A DNA stretch of 63,128 nucleotides, counting the filler, from Sphacelaria rigidula (Eukaryota): NCBI GenBank assembly GCA_964200075.2. It is 7 parts of 7 records of this genome, joined end to end, with 100 filler letters (N's around TTAATTAATTAA, not from the genome) between each part and the next. Parts side by side here need not be neighbours in the genome. Positions count along the whole stretch, not along the records: positions 27,100 to 36,032 come from CAXNAA020009716.1; positions 36,133 to 45,064 come from CAXNAA020009717.1; positions 45,165 to 54,096 come from CAXNAA020009718.1; 4 more parts are not named here. One strand, 5' to 3'. The notes beneath the pieces are model-generated. The model made no database searches, had not been told where the DNA came from, and was given only the letters and a program-made list of their open reading frames with translations. Position numbers and translations under genes: made by a program. Positions 33,206 through 45,939 of this stretch are shown in pieces. Numbering within the stretch: position 1 is the first letter of the stretch; each line of letters opens with the position of its first letter.

Positions 33206-35930
33206 AAACGCGGGCAGGAGCAAATATTATAGAGGGATAGGAGCAGTTGGTCAAGAACACAGTAAGTGAAGCCATGGGGAAGAACCTCATCGTATGTTAC
33301 AACGCAGTGAAATGGTGGGATGAGGAAGTAAAAAAGGCTATAGGAGTAAGAAGGAGGTCCACGCGAGACGCATATCGAGTAAAACTACGGCAGGATGGGA
33401 GGAGTACACTAAAGCTCAAAAGGAAATAAAGATGGTACAGCAGAAAAAAAAGAGAGTATGAAAAGATGTGGTGAACCCCCCCCCGAAGATTTCGATGGCG
33501 CGATGACACACATGTAGGCAGGTATAAAAGGGATAACGAGAAACCGGGCAGGAGAGATGGACGAGGGGATAGCCACACTCCGGGCACACAACGGCAAAAT
33601 GGTCAGCACTTCGGAGGGGGAGAGAGAACTGCTAGTCGAGCACTACCGTAAACTAGGAACACCAAAAACAAACACGTAGTTCGACATGAAATTCGAAAAA
33701 GAAATTAACGCGTGGGCAGGGGCATATATTGAGACGTCAAAACGGGAGGATAGAGACTTGAAAGAATTACAGGGAGAGTTTACCTGGGATGGAGTGAATA
33801 ACTGCATGGCTAAACTCAAGAACAGAAAGGCAGAAGAAGCAGACGAAGTAGTGAATGAATTTCCAAAGTATGGGGGGGAGCGAATGATTACTATCATGAT
33901 TATGCTGTTCGACTGAATCTGGGAAAACGAGCACACATCCAAGAGATGGGGAGAAGAAGTAGTCGTCAACCTTTTAAAGAAAGAAGACAAGGTTCACCCA
34001 GGGAATTATAGAGGGATAACGCTACTGAGCACGGTAGGGAAAGTATTCGGTAATATTCTGAACGATAGAGTAGGAACGATGCTAGAAAAAGAAGAGAAAA
34101 TCAGCGAGGGGCAAGCAGAAATTAGACCGTGTCGTAAATGCGTAGACCAAGTGTACACACTAGGTAAGATTATTCAGGGTAGGCAGGACACCGGGCTGAC
34201 AACGTACTGTTTCTTTCTGGACGTGCAAAAGGCTTATGACACAGTGTGGAGAAATGAGTAGTGGAAAAAGTTGTGAGGAACTGGGATCAGAGGAAATATG
34301 CGGAAAATGGCGAAGAAGATGGCAGAATGTGCCAAAAGTGCTATTATGCTAGACGAGGAAATATCGAAATTTCTTGATATTTTACAAGGAGTTGCACAAG
34401 GATGTACGTGATCACCCACTCTGCTCAAGGTATTCATTAATGACTTGATAATAGCAATAGAATCGGCAAAGCAAGGGATCAAGCTGGGTAAATATATGGT
34501 GTCAGGATTGACGTTCGCGGATGATTTTGTGGGGACTTCAGGAACACCAGAAGCACTGCAGAAATAGGTACACAAGGCACTAGAACACACTGGGCAATGG
34601 GGAGTGACAGCGAACGTTAACAAACCCGCGGTACTTTTCTGTAACGAAGAAAGGAAAATCTGGCAGAGTTCAAATGAAAGTCGGGAGAAGAGGGATTACC
34701 GATCGTCGACCAGTATGAACACCTTGGCGTAGAAATCGAAAAGCACTGTTCTTGGTATGCACACAAAACAAAGTAATAGAAAAGGGTAAGGCCCAGATAG
34801 GCAGGATGGACGTGATCCTCATAGACTCGCACGTAGACACTGGGATCAAGATATTGTATGTATCCTGATGAACGTGATTGTACCATAGCTGGAATATGCA
34901 GGAGAAGTATGGGAGGGGAACGTGAGGTTGGTGGAGAAGTTGAAAACAGTACACATGGCAGCAGCTAAGAAGACACTTGGATGCTCGAATACGACAAGTA
35001 ATACAGCTTTGAGAGCAGAGTTGTGAATGTACTCACTTAAAACAAACAGCGAGGCGAGAAATTGCGATGACAATATAGCGTAAAGGGCATGCAGGGAACG
35101 AGATCGCCAGCTATAATTGAAAGGGCTGTTTTAAAAAAATTACGAAAGGGCGGGCTGGAATAAGATGGGGTGAAGAAGTCGAGAAGCTATGGAAGGAGAT
35201 AGAAGGAGACCAAGACGAAATCCTGTGCATAGATGAAGGCGCGGGGGCCGAGACAAAAGTAAGAGACATGCTAAAAATCAGGGGGAAAGGAGCGCTCAGA
35301 CGCAAAGTAGACGAGGAAGAACACCTGAAGACGTGCGTACTCATTTGTTGCTTGCCTTAGTCGTTTGACCATTGACCATGTAAGGGGTATTGAGAGGGGA
35401 TAGGGATGAAAAGATATTTGCATGGCCCAATGGACGCGGCGAAAAGCTTACAGCTGCGATTCCGGGTGGGGGGCCTGGACCTGCCGGAAAGAAGAAAGAT
35501 ATTTACCAATCGTCGAGAAGAGGAGAAACTAGATGCACACAACTGTCCCTGTGGCAAAGGAATAGAGAGCGCAAGTCATACAGTGGCAGAATGTGATTTA
35601 TTTAAGGGGCAACGAGATGGGCTAAAGGAAAAAATGGGGGATGTGAACGAAGGTGGCATAAAATCGCTTGATGTATTAGACAATAAGAAAAAACGATGAT
35701 TATATTAGGAGATAGATGGCGGCCACAGACGGCGAAACAGGGCGGGGATAAGATATGTGAAAGATTTTGTAGAATGTATCGAAAAAACAAAATGAACGCG
35801 TGAATGTTGGAGGTGTCTCTATAAAGAGTAGGGACGGTGCTGGGTCTCGAAAGGGATGCGTGGTCAATGTTTAAACGACTAAGACAAGCACCAAATGAGT
35901 ACACCCCCCCCTCCCCCCCCGCGCCCCCCT
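33206..35930 (+). mobile_element. 5'-truncated LINE (RT plus C-terminal Cys/His motif), decayed, ending in an oligo(C) tail
   Basis: YRGITLLSTVGKVF, FFLDVQKAYDTVWR, QGVAQGC*SPTL, LTFADDFV, CPCGKGIESASHTVAEC. The 3' end reads ...aagacaagcaccaaatgagtacaCCCCCCCCtCCCCCCCC. A minus-strand copy of its own 3' end is nested at 35335-35378. Confidence 0.92.
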
Positions 35931-36132
35931 CACCTCTAGACTCTTGGGTTGGCGTCGAGTGGCAACGGCGCTGTAAAAAAAGCCACCAAAACCTAGACAA
36001 ATGTACAGACTGCCACCGTACATATATCGGGGNNNNNNNNNNNNNNNNNNNNNNNNNNNNNNNNNNNNNNNNNNNNTTAATTAATTAANNNNNNNNNNNN
36101 NNNNNNNNNNNNNNNNNNNNNNNNNNNNNNNN

Positions 36133-37080
36133 TCAACAATACAATACATCTTTTTCTCCAGAAGCCACGAGTCTATCAACACACGATCCGTACGGCTCCT
36201 GTCCTAATCAAGCCCCGAATAAATGCCACTTCGCGTCAATGTGCTTAGTATGACCTGAGCTAAGAGGGTTGTCGGCCAGGGCCTTAGCCCCCTCGTCGTC
36301 CTCATAAAGAACAATATCATACTCCGCCTTTCGCCCCAGCACAACCCTTAGTCGTAGAAAAGAGAGGACCGACCTGACAACATACACTCCTTAGCCCCTT
36401 CGGCCTTAACCACGTACTCGGCCTCGGTGGTTGATACGGTCACGTAGTGTTGCGTTCGGCTAGTACTCGACACTGCTACCCCTCCATACATCACCGCTAC
36501 CCCTGAAACTGGTCGCCTGTCTGTCTCTTTCTTCGCCTTGTCAGCATCGCAGTACACTAAAAGCACATTTTCTCCTGAACTTCACGTCAGGCCGCACGTT
36601 TTAGTCATATTCAGGTAAGCTGAGAATTTCAACACTCCTCGCCAATGTCTTTCGAATGAGTCACGGGATCGTCGGGCCAGGTACCGGGCTGCATTGGCTA
36701 TATCAGGCCTGGTCACCCCAGCAAACCACATCACCCCCCTACTGCACTCCGGTATGGCCTATCCATCACCGTGTCTCCCTGCATGACCGGTCCTAAATCT
36801 GCTGATACTGAGGAAAGAATGTCAGAAAAATCCGTGACTTCAAATCGTTTCAACAGGGTGTCGATAAAGGTCGTCTGGTTCATGTACACACGATACCTCT
36901 TTTTCAGTTCCTTTCCATGGTACACCCCATGTACCACTGGACTCCACCTAGATGTTTTGCTGGGGATCTCTTGTTGGGGATGTTACACACTTTTTCGACT
37001 CTTTTTGTTTCTCCCCCGATGAAGATGTCGTCTACATGTGCCACTATTATGACACATAGATTGCCCTGTGTCCAAGGCGC
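36133..37080 (-). mobile_element. Ty1/Copia RT-RNase H remnant
   Basis: IVAHVDDIFIGG, YMNQTTFIDTLLKRF, PYRSAVGG, VYCDADKA...DRRPVSG...STTEAEY. A possible 3' LTR starts (TGTTG) near 36181. Confidence 0.88.
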
Positions 37081-37881
37081 TTCCAATTTCAATTTATTTC
37101 GGTGTTTGTGACGGGCCGATTGGATTTCGGCGGTGAAACCGGAGTGGTCTCGGCTGGGCCCGTGTACTGTATAATGAAGGTTTACCGCACGCACTTGGGA
37201 TATGGTGATGTGTCGTTGCACTGAAGCATAAAGTTTTATTGAATCATAAGTTGTGTTCGTGTCATCGCGGTCATCGCGGTCGCGCTACATTCGCAATGGC
37301 CCGCAGCAATCCGGCGCTGAGACGCGCGCCGTTCCTTGGCAAATTCTTTCCAGGTAGTCCCGCACCAGTCCCAGCCACTACCATCCTTGTTTTCAAGTAC
37401 ACATATAGGATTTGCTTCCCGGTATGCCACAGACTATCGAAGGAGGCCGACGCGGTAGTGCTACCCCCATGCGGGCAATCGTATTTGAGCCACCTTCCTT
37501 GCAAACGGAACTGCGTGATGTAGTGGGCGCCGCCTCTGATGAAATACACAACCGAAACCAGGGAGTACTCTGCGCCTAAAGTGATAGTCGGGGATACGTC
37601 CGGGGTGACGCCAGCTTGTTTGTACACGTAAATAGCGCTCGACGAAAAGAAGAGTTGGTCGGGGGCGTCGTTGGACCATGGGAAAAATTCCAAAACCAAA
37701 AGTCGGAAGGGACGATCCAGTACGAAGGACAAACTCCCGTCCCTGGGGAAGAGAAATGGAGACAAGAACCTTCAGCGAACAAACCATCTAGAGCTACCTG
37801 CAGGGTCCTGGGAATACCGTGAGGAACCATGAAGATGGCGGGGTCACGCCAGGTGGCATATTGTTCGGGCGTTACTGGCAC

Positions 37882-38230
37882 GAGGCGATTCACACGCGGC
37901 CATTTGGCTACACCCCAAAATGCCTCCGGAGGGATGCGCGACCCTCCAGGGGGAAAACAAGCCTCCGGAGGCCTTCCATCCCTCTGGAAGAAGCCAAACT
38001 CGACCGACCCGGAGGGCCGCGCACCCCTCCGGAGGAAGTTTGGGTATGCGCGGCCCTCCAGAGGCAAGAATAAGCCTCCGGAGGCGTTCAACCCCTCTGG
38101 AGGAAACCAAAACATTTCCTCTGGAGGGCTGCGCACCCCTCCGGAGGCGTTTCATTCTTCTGGAGGCACGAAAAGTGTACCCACCTGGAGGAGTTCTGGA
38201 GGTAGCCAAATGATCGCGTGTGTGCGCCTC
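37882..38230. mobile_element. ~350-bp MITE inserted in the USP-like domain
   Basis: TIR cacacgcg(gc/at)catttggctac at 37891-37911 and 38202-38222, extendable to GAGGCG...CGCCTC. The interior is made of repeated cctccggagg palindromes; no clean TSD. Confidence 0.75.
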
Positions 38231-40113
38231 TATCGGGCAAGTTACCATTCGCGTCCCAAACCCAGCGATTCACTTGTTTGAATTAATAGTTGTTGGAGCC
38301 GTTGTTGGTGTGTTTCCGGCCAGCTCGCTGGCGAGTGTGCCTCGTGTCGCTTGCAAACGGCTTCGAAGACTCTGGCGGTGTCACCCATGGCATCTCCGCC
38401 ACCCGGTAGGCCTCCGTTCGTCATGACGAAGTCACACGATCCCGCTAGTTGCACCTGGTAATGATGGTGCACAAGTGCGATAAGGCAAGGGCTGAGAGGG
38501 TTGCAGAAAATGGAAAGCAGGGTCAAGGTGCGGAGGGTAGATGAATGCATGCCGCGTTTACAAGACACGAAATGCAAAAGTCTCACCAGGATTTCGACGG
38601 GCAGGGCGCCGGTGTGCATGTTTTCGCAAACAGCATGGACGGCAGAGAAGAACACTTTTGCCGAAGGTGCAGACGATTATTCGGGTAGTAGAGGTTGACC
38701 GTCGTAGGCAGCAAGAGTACAGGCGATCGCGGCATTGTGGAAGCAGTTCATTTGAGAATTGAGTACCAAAAAAGCAGGCGGGGAGACGGGAGCATTGCTC
38801 TCGTCGGTAGGAGGTGCAGATCGTTCATGATTGGCACCAATATCGGAGCCACCACTGCTGACGGTGTCATCGGTGTCATCATCGTCTTGAAGGTGACCAC
38901 CATTTCGAGGGTGATATGTACGGCCCGATGTCCTAACCATGACCAGAATAAACTCGGAAGGGTTTGCAAGGAACGCAGAGAGAGTGGCGTCTCCGAGGCG
39001 GTCAGGGAAGTCCAAGGTGGCCGGTTCGATCATGAACAAGTGCTCTACAGCAGTCGCCCGAGATAAAGTCACGTAAGCTGCACGTTCATCAATGGTTCTA
39101 TCGACAAGCTGCTTCATGCGTAGTAGCAAGGTTTGTATGGTTTCTCCCTAGTTGAATGGGGGAGGAAGTAGACCGGAAACGGGTGTAGGGGTCAAAGTCA
39201 GAAAGAAGGTCGGAAATAGGAAAAAGGCAATAAAATGGACCGGAAGTGGGAGGTTTTTTTTTTTTCTGTGAGAATCTCACCTGAGCCCGATAGACAGACG
39301 AAAGGTTTCCAGGCAGGAGGGGCAACTGGGCACGTGTGAAAGAGTAAATTCTTTCGTGCAGTTCGTTGACGTCGAAGTTCCGGCTCTCGACACTGACGGC
39401 TATTTCACCACGTCTGAAAGGGGCGATGTGGAGACCGCCGTCGAAGGCTGACTGAAGGAAGATGACGACCCGAGTGGGACGATATACCAGATGTACCACT
39501 CGTTAACCCGCTGACGTGCTGTTGAGGGCGACCTCGCGTTCATCTAGATTGATGCTGACGATCGTGCCTGAAAGGAAGAGTACAGAGGGTTCTTGAAGCG
39601 AAGCAAGAGGAGTGGGACTAGAGGGTATTCAAAATTGACATGTTGGATAGTGTAAACGATGAGTACTGCAGTAACAAATGCATAACAGTAGCCTCACCGT
39701 CCGAATTGTTGCATACCCCCACGGCGAGAAGTTGTCCGGCAGGTTTGTTCAAGACGATGGGCAGCCCGATGCCAAGGCACACAATTCTTGGTAGATGTGC
39801 TGTTTTGGTCTCCTCCAACTTTTGCACGCCTTCTCGCAAGCCATGAGGCCATCCGGCGGTGGGGGAATGCGGCTGGAAGAAGGGAGTGACCGATCAACGA
39901 CACGAGGTAACGTGCAGAGGAGCAGTAACGTCAAAAAGGAATTTAAGCGAGACGACAACAAATTGGCAGTTGAAGCGGAAAATACCTTATTTTGATATTT
40001 GAACCCCGAACCGGTGAAGATACCGAGCGCCGTCGTGAGCTACAGTACCGTGCCTCTAGCCTCGCAGAGAGAGCGAGTAGTGGGTAGGGTCAAGGCTTGG
40101 GTACCCTGACATA

Positions 40114-41117
40114 CCGTAAAAGTGCGAGAGATGGCACCGGTCGGGGAGCTGGCACAGGGGTGCGCATAAAAGGTGGAAGTGGCATGATTTAATTGAATTT
40201 TTGCACCGGGGTCGGTAAGATCGCACCGGGGGGCGATTGTACCGACCCGGAACCCAACTTTGAGGGTTCCGCGGGTGGAGCAGGGCCGCTCATGAGCTGC
40301 TGTATGTACACACATGGGTACCTTTCACGTGTGCAGTGTTGCCAGCATGTTGTCGGGGCAACCCTACTCTGCGTATTGTCACGGTTCAAGCAGGATGATG
40401 TCTGTTGTTTCCATGTAATCCGCATGGAAAATCGCTCATTCCGTCCGAACAAAGTACGGTACACACCCAAATGAAGTAGCCGAAGTAGGAGCAGCAGTAG
40501 CAGCATTGCCACTGGGCTGTGAGGAGGTGGTTTGGGCACCTGCGTCCTCTGACATGGTTGGGGTTGTGTGTGTGCTCTGCGGTACGACACAAAACAAATC
40601 GGCGGGACCTTGGCGGGAGATCTTCCTTTTTTCATCTATTTCGCCGCCTTCTCTAGTTCGGGTTGTTGTGCGCGGTGTACAGCCAGCGGTGTAGATTTGT
40701 CTGGTGTGTGCTTCCTGTTTCTTCCCGTTATTACATCACACCTTTATCTGCTCGTACAACGGTACCGATGAGTTGCTGTAACGCGGTATGGAGTGCGGTG
40801 ATGGTGCGAGAGATGGCACCGAGGTGCCGGCTTTCAGCACTGCTGTAGCATGATCAGTATGTACGTAGGCCACGGTTTGCATTTGTTTGGGCATCGCACC
40901 GGTCGGAGAGATGGCACCCGATTGCGTTGAATAATCCAGAAATAATCATCTAATAGAATTTTGGCACCGGAGTCGGGGAGATGGCACCAGTCGGGGAGAT
41001 GGCACCAGTCGGGGAGATGGCACCAGTCGGGGAGATGGCACTGGGGTGCGAAAAAAATCCGAGAAAAAACCTTTGAAAAATCGATCGCACCCGGTGCCAT
41101 TTCTCGCACTTTTACGG
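40114..41117. mobile_element. 1.0-kb non-autonomous Tc1/mariner (pogo-like) element in a Helitron intron
   Basis: TA|CCGTAAAAGTGCGAGA(G/A)ATGGCACCGG TIRs with 1 mismatch and a TA TSD. Internal copies of the gagatggcacc motif include a 4x18-bp tandem at 40971-41041. Confidence 0.9.
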
Positions 41118-44100
41118 TATACGGGGAAACGGGGTTGACGTTGGATGGAACACGGTGGGACGCGAAGTACCAGGAAAGAAGAAGGAAGGGCGGAAAACAC
41201 ATGAAGTATATTGGTTGTTGGTGTACCTTATTCCGAAAAGTGATGGTTTGAGCCATCCAACCATTTTTCATTGCGAGTTTGCCAGGTGTCCCGTCCTGCA
41301 GATGAACAGGACTGTTGATCACCCGAGCATTGATCCGTGCCAAGTCCTCGGTTATGCATTCTCATAGCACCCGGTCCATGATGGGAGCATATCTGGGAGA
41401 GAATATGTTAGTTTCATCTAGCACCACTGATGTATTAGAAGCCCAAACGTTGGAGCGTCCGATACGTTCCGTACTCGAGAGGTTGCTCAGGAGCGTCGTG
41501 TTTGATGCGCCATAAGAGATCGACATGGCGCCCACGGGATCCAGCTTGGGCTCAAGAGAAACGGCGATCAAAACTACGAAGAAGGAGATGGGGGCGTGAT
41601 TAGGGAGCAGGGATAGGTTAGGGTTTCGTCTTTGATAGTGAGAACATCGATGTGGGTTGCGAGGTGTCTGGATATTTACGCGCCTGATTCATGTCGCCGA
41701 GGGTGATGCACATGAAACCGGCGAACGGAAGGCTGGCAGCGGAGGGTCTGACAGAGGCAGCCGCTTTTTCCATACACCCTTGGAGCCTGCAGCTAATCAT
41801 CGAGATTTCTTCCATGGCTATCGCACCGTCTTTGATCTGCGCCCATCTCTGCGCTTTCTTGTCCGACAAGCTGTCTTGACCTTCCTTGCTGTCCACCATT
41901 CCGTTGTTGTGGTTTCCAGCGTCGCACACGGAGTGCACGGTTGTTTCTCCTACGCTTGCTGCCTGCTTCCCCTGGAAAGCGACCGTCAACATACCTCCAG
42001 GTTGTACCACACGTTGAAGTGCCGGGCATTCGATCAAACTAACAATGGCCTGTAGGTAACATACCGCCAGGTAGCGAAACAAAACACCGTAACGCGAGGG
42101 AGTATGTGATCCTGGCTGGCCATGTGAAACAAAATGACGTGATTTAGGGTGACTGTGGCCTTTGTCAAGAAGTAAACCATTCGCACTACAGGTTTCCGCG
42201 CAGATCTCGAAACGCAAGAGGCTCGGTTTTCGTTGTTTGGCCAAAAAATGAGAATGAAAAAATACGTACCAAAACAGAATTATTTTAAAGCTGAAGTGTA
42301 CACAGCAGTCCTCCACACAAGGTTGCTAGGCGGTGGCTTACCCGCAGTACAACACTTTTCACACTCCCGGCGCCCCCTGAAATGTGGAGACGGCAGGCGT
42401 TCGGGTTTGGAGAACCGTCCCTCGCGAACCACGCGTTAGCGAAGATGAAGAAGGCCAGCCGCTGCTTCCTGTTGAGGCCATACACCTCGGCTGTGCAGAC
42501 GACTGCGTCATGCCGGTGAGCCGAAGCCCGGCCGACGTCGGTTGCAGCAACTCGTGCGTTGGTCGCTGTCCTCCTATTCAGTTAGAGCTTGGCCGCGTCC
42601 GTCAACCCTGATTGTGACTTATTGCGAAGATGACGTATGTACGGCTCCATAGCGGCTTCGTCGTATGATGAGGTGGGACAAACAGGCGGCGTCTCCTCGG
42701 GTTCTGCGGTGTATGCTTTGACGTCGGACAGTCCGAGCTTGGCCGCAAATTCTTTTTTGAAGATGTTGGCTTCTTTCTCGCCCTTCCACAAACACACCTG
42801 GCCCAAATTGGCGTTGACTTCGTCGGGTGTGCAGCCACTTAACAAGGTCGCCGATGGTAAGCCTGGGGTATTGGTAGGGCTGGGGATATCGCAGGAGCTG
42901 AAGCCTGCAGCAAGCAAGTTGTCGACTGCATCGTTGGAACACAGTGGGCGTTTTTGGCGGGCGGCAAGACATTGATGCCGCAGGTGTAGTTCTCGTCGCA
43001 GTCCAAGTTAAAGATGTCCCCGTTGCTCGTCGGTGGAACCGCCGTCGTCGCTTGTTCGCGCCGCGAGAAGCTCGGCTTGCCGCCACGTCAAATTTTCATC
43101 AGCGTCCCGGCGTTGTGTGAGCAAGGCGCGGATGTTCTATCTCATCGTGATGGAGCTAGGGTGCCATCCATTGGAGTCCTGCGTACGCTGAAAAACATCG
43201 GCTCACGTTTTGTCGTCCGAAATGCGAAGGTCACCGATGGCGAATATGGGCTTGAACATAAAAATCAGCAGCAGCGCGTGTCGCTGCTGTTGAGTGTCCT
43301 GCTTGGGAATGTCTCATAAAAGTTTTATCGATGTGGATCGTTTGCGCGTAACCTGAGCGAATACCAACAGCGAGAGAAAGCTATTGTAAGTAAGCGATTA
43401 TCACTGCTAGAGGAAATACTATTTTGGAACAACATATAGAGGTCTATTTTTCAATGTACAGCAAGTACACTTACCTGTCATTTGTTGAGCTTGGGAACAC
43501 CGACGAAATCGAATCGATCGGACGAAGTGCAACCCTTTTTATGGGAAGCTGTTGTAAGGTCACCGGTGTCGTCGCAGCAATTTCCGACATAATCTCCGTC
43601 AGGTTCGCCGTTTTCGGAGTTGTCGCCGTCGGAGTTGATGCTGTCGGAGTCGGCCCGGGCAGGCGTTTTTGACGGGGAACATGGTTCGACTCGAACCAGA
43701 CGCATCCACACCACGTCGTACATGCTGTGGTAAGGGTGGCTAGTGTCGTCTCGATGGCATCGCCTCAGGTAGAGATGGTGCATGCAGGTGGCGGCGCTGA
43801 TGACGGCATGGGCTCCGGTGTCGACGCCGTTGTCATCATCGTCGTCGTAGTCGTCGGGTTGGGGTTCGTCATCGTCGGCGTTTCCAGAAGACGCAAGCCT
43901 TGCGGCAGCGTCGTCAAAGGCTGCTGATGCTTCGTTGAAGATGAGTCACATCGGACAGTTTATTTCGTCCGTCGAGCACTTGTGTTCAGTGTACCCTAGT
44001 ACCTTGCTCGCGGCGGCAGGCGCACCGAGGCTCAGGTGAGCAACCGTTTTGAAGGAACACGATCTTACCAATGCAGCTGCAACGGCTACCGCTGGGGCTC

Positions 44101-45164
44101 TGTTGCCCCGTCTTTGATTCGCTCCACCACGGGAGCCAAGAGGTTGAGGGGTGCGTCCATGGTCGTCTCGGTCTTCGTGGTGTAATTGAGGATATCAAAT
44201 ATGGCTCCTCGCGCATCACTGTCTCAAAGCAATATTTTGATGTCCATATTACTACGAGTGCAATACTGGATGATGGGGTAGTAGCTGTTGAACATTGGTT
44301 GCTCCCGTCAGGGGCGAAATTTTGTTTTCCGCTCGAAACTTCCTCAGCATTGCTGTCAAATTGCTGCCTCATATTTCGTTCTTGTTCCTCGGCGGATTTG
44401 GCGGCAGAAACAGCTGCGGCACACTGTCAAGCAGGGTACAGGGCACTTCCAACCATGCTGTCGCTGTCAAGACGTATCATTCGGAAACCGCGCTGCACGG
44501 AAGTCCGATCGACAAGCGGTTTTCCACCCCCATCGAAACCAAATCTGATCAGAAGCGAAGGGAGGGTCGAAACTAAAGGGCGCCAATGGAATGGCACCAT
44601 TAGAGTTGATACAAATGAGATGCGTGAAGTAGATGCAGCACAACATCGATCATCAGAGAGGTTTAAATACCGGCATGAATTGGCGTGGACATGTTTGTGG
44701 CAGGTGAACGTGCAGGTATGCGTGCTTGCCGTCGAGGTGATGTGTGCCGGATTGGCGTGGGAGTCGGCAAGGTGTTTGTCTTGGGCGACGACGTCAGGTT
44801 CGATTCCGGGCGGAGGGTAGCATGCAGATGGTGGTGGAACGGCGACGCACGCTGTAGCCGGTCGCTCCAGGGGGCTGTTAGAAGGTGGAAGGTGATCCGA
44901 CTTTGCACCTGTCGGAGACGCCACTTGGGAGAAGATAGTACGGCTTAAGAACCTGGCAAGTTATTGGTAGCTGTCGGGGGTCTTATCCACCGTCTCTCTC
45001 AAGCTCGAAAAATCTTGATATCCGACGACCCGAAGAAGGAGGAGTCATCCTACGATAGGGGGGGNNNNNNNNNNNNNNNNNNNNNNNNNNNNNNNNNNNN
45101 NNNNNNNNTTAATTAATTAANNNNNNNNNNNNNNNNNNNNNNNNNNNNNNNNNNNNNNNNNNNN

Positions 45165-45404
45165 GTGTACTAGGAGATGGATGGTGGCCACAGACGGCGA
45201 AACAGGACGGGGATAAGATATGTAGAAGGCTCTTGTGTGATGTATGGAAGAAACGTTCTGAGCTACGGAAGAAGCGTCATGAGCGCCAGAATGTTGGAGA
45301 TGTCTCTATTAGGAGTAGGAGCGGTGCTCCGTCTCGAAAGGGATGCGTGGTAAATGGTAGAACGACTAATGCAGCAACAAATGAGTACGCCATCCCACCC
45401 CCCT
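45165..45404 (+). mobile_element. 3' portion of the C-tailed LINE
   Basis: Colinear with 35700-35920 (ggccacagacggcgaaacagg...gtctcgaaagggatgcgtgg...aatgagtacgccatcccaccccc). Confidence 0.9.
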
Positions 45405-45939
45405 GCTTCAAGGAGATTTGTGTCAAATTGTTGAGGCATTATCCAGAGGCCGGGGTTCCGATCTCTGAGCAGCGTACATACCGCTATTTTTATGCTAAGC
45501 ATTGCCCGTTGCTTCCTGTTTGGGATTCTTGGTTCTTCGAAAGTATCATGCACTTTGCGACGTGAAGTAATAAGCGCAACTTGCGGTGTTGGTGTTTTCG
45601 GGTGCACGAGGCAAACCTTGACCGTGGTCTGCGAGAGTCAGGGCACCCGTCCCCGCCACTTTCACCTGGCCTCCCTTGTCCGCGTGTGACTGCTGCAAAC
45701 GGCAATTCCGACATTTTTGCTCGACGAAACTCGGCGGAAACCTCGACGTATTTTTACTCGCATTGTAGGTCCCACGTTATACAGCTAACCCTTCACTCAT
45801 CTCCCCACCCCCTACCCCCTCTCTCTATATATTCCATGATTGTTGCAAGTCCTCATGCAGATATCTTGAGTTTTTCAACCCCTCGCTCTCCCCCCCTCCT
45901 CTGGCACGCCTCCTCCTACCCCATCGCTAACCCCTACAG

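Larger units (their letters stand above)
37271..44930 (-). mobile_element. Helitron-like element: decayed, intron-containing Rep-PIF1 helicase with a C-terminal USP-like domain
   Basis: Rep motifs: HTCTFTCHK...CR|FGF (spliced over GT-AG intron 44545-44670) and FNSYYPII...RSNMDIKIL...ILNYTTK (~44290-44175). Helicase motifs: LNRKQRLAF, ISGGAGSVKS, EEISMIS, PFAGF...GDMNQ, RAQLPLLPGNLSSVYRAQ|GET, AAYVTLSRAT. These are followed by USP-like Cys and His boxes. Confidence 0.88.

Noticed and set aside
40971-41041. 18-bp tandem repeats as a CRISPR array or peptide repeat (CHLPDW)n
   Set aside because: There are no spacers. The unit is the TIR motif of the surrounding mariner MITE.
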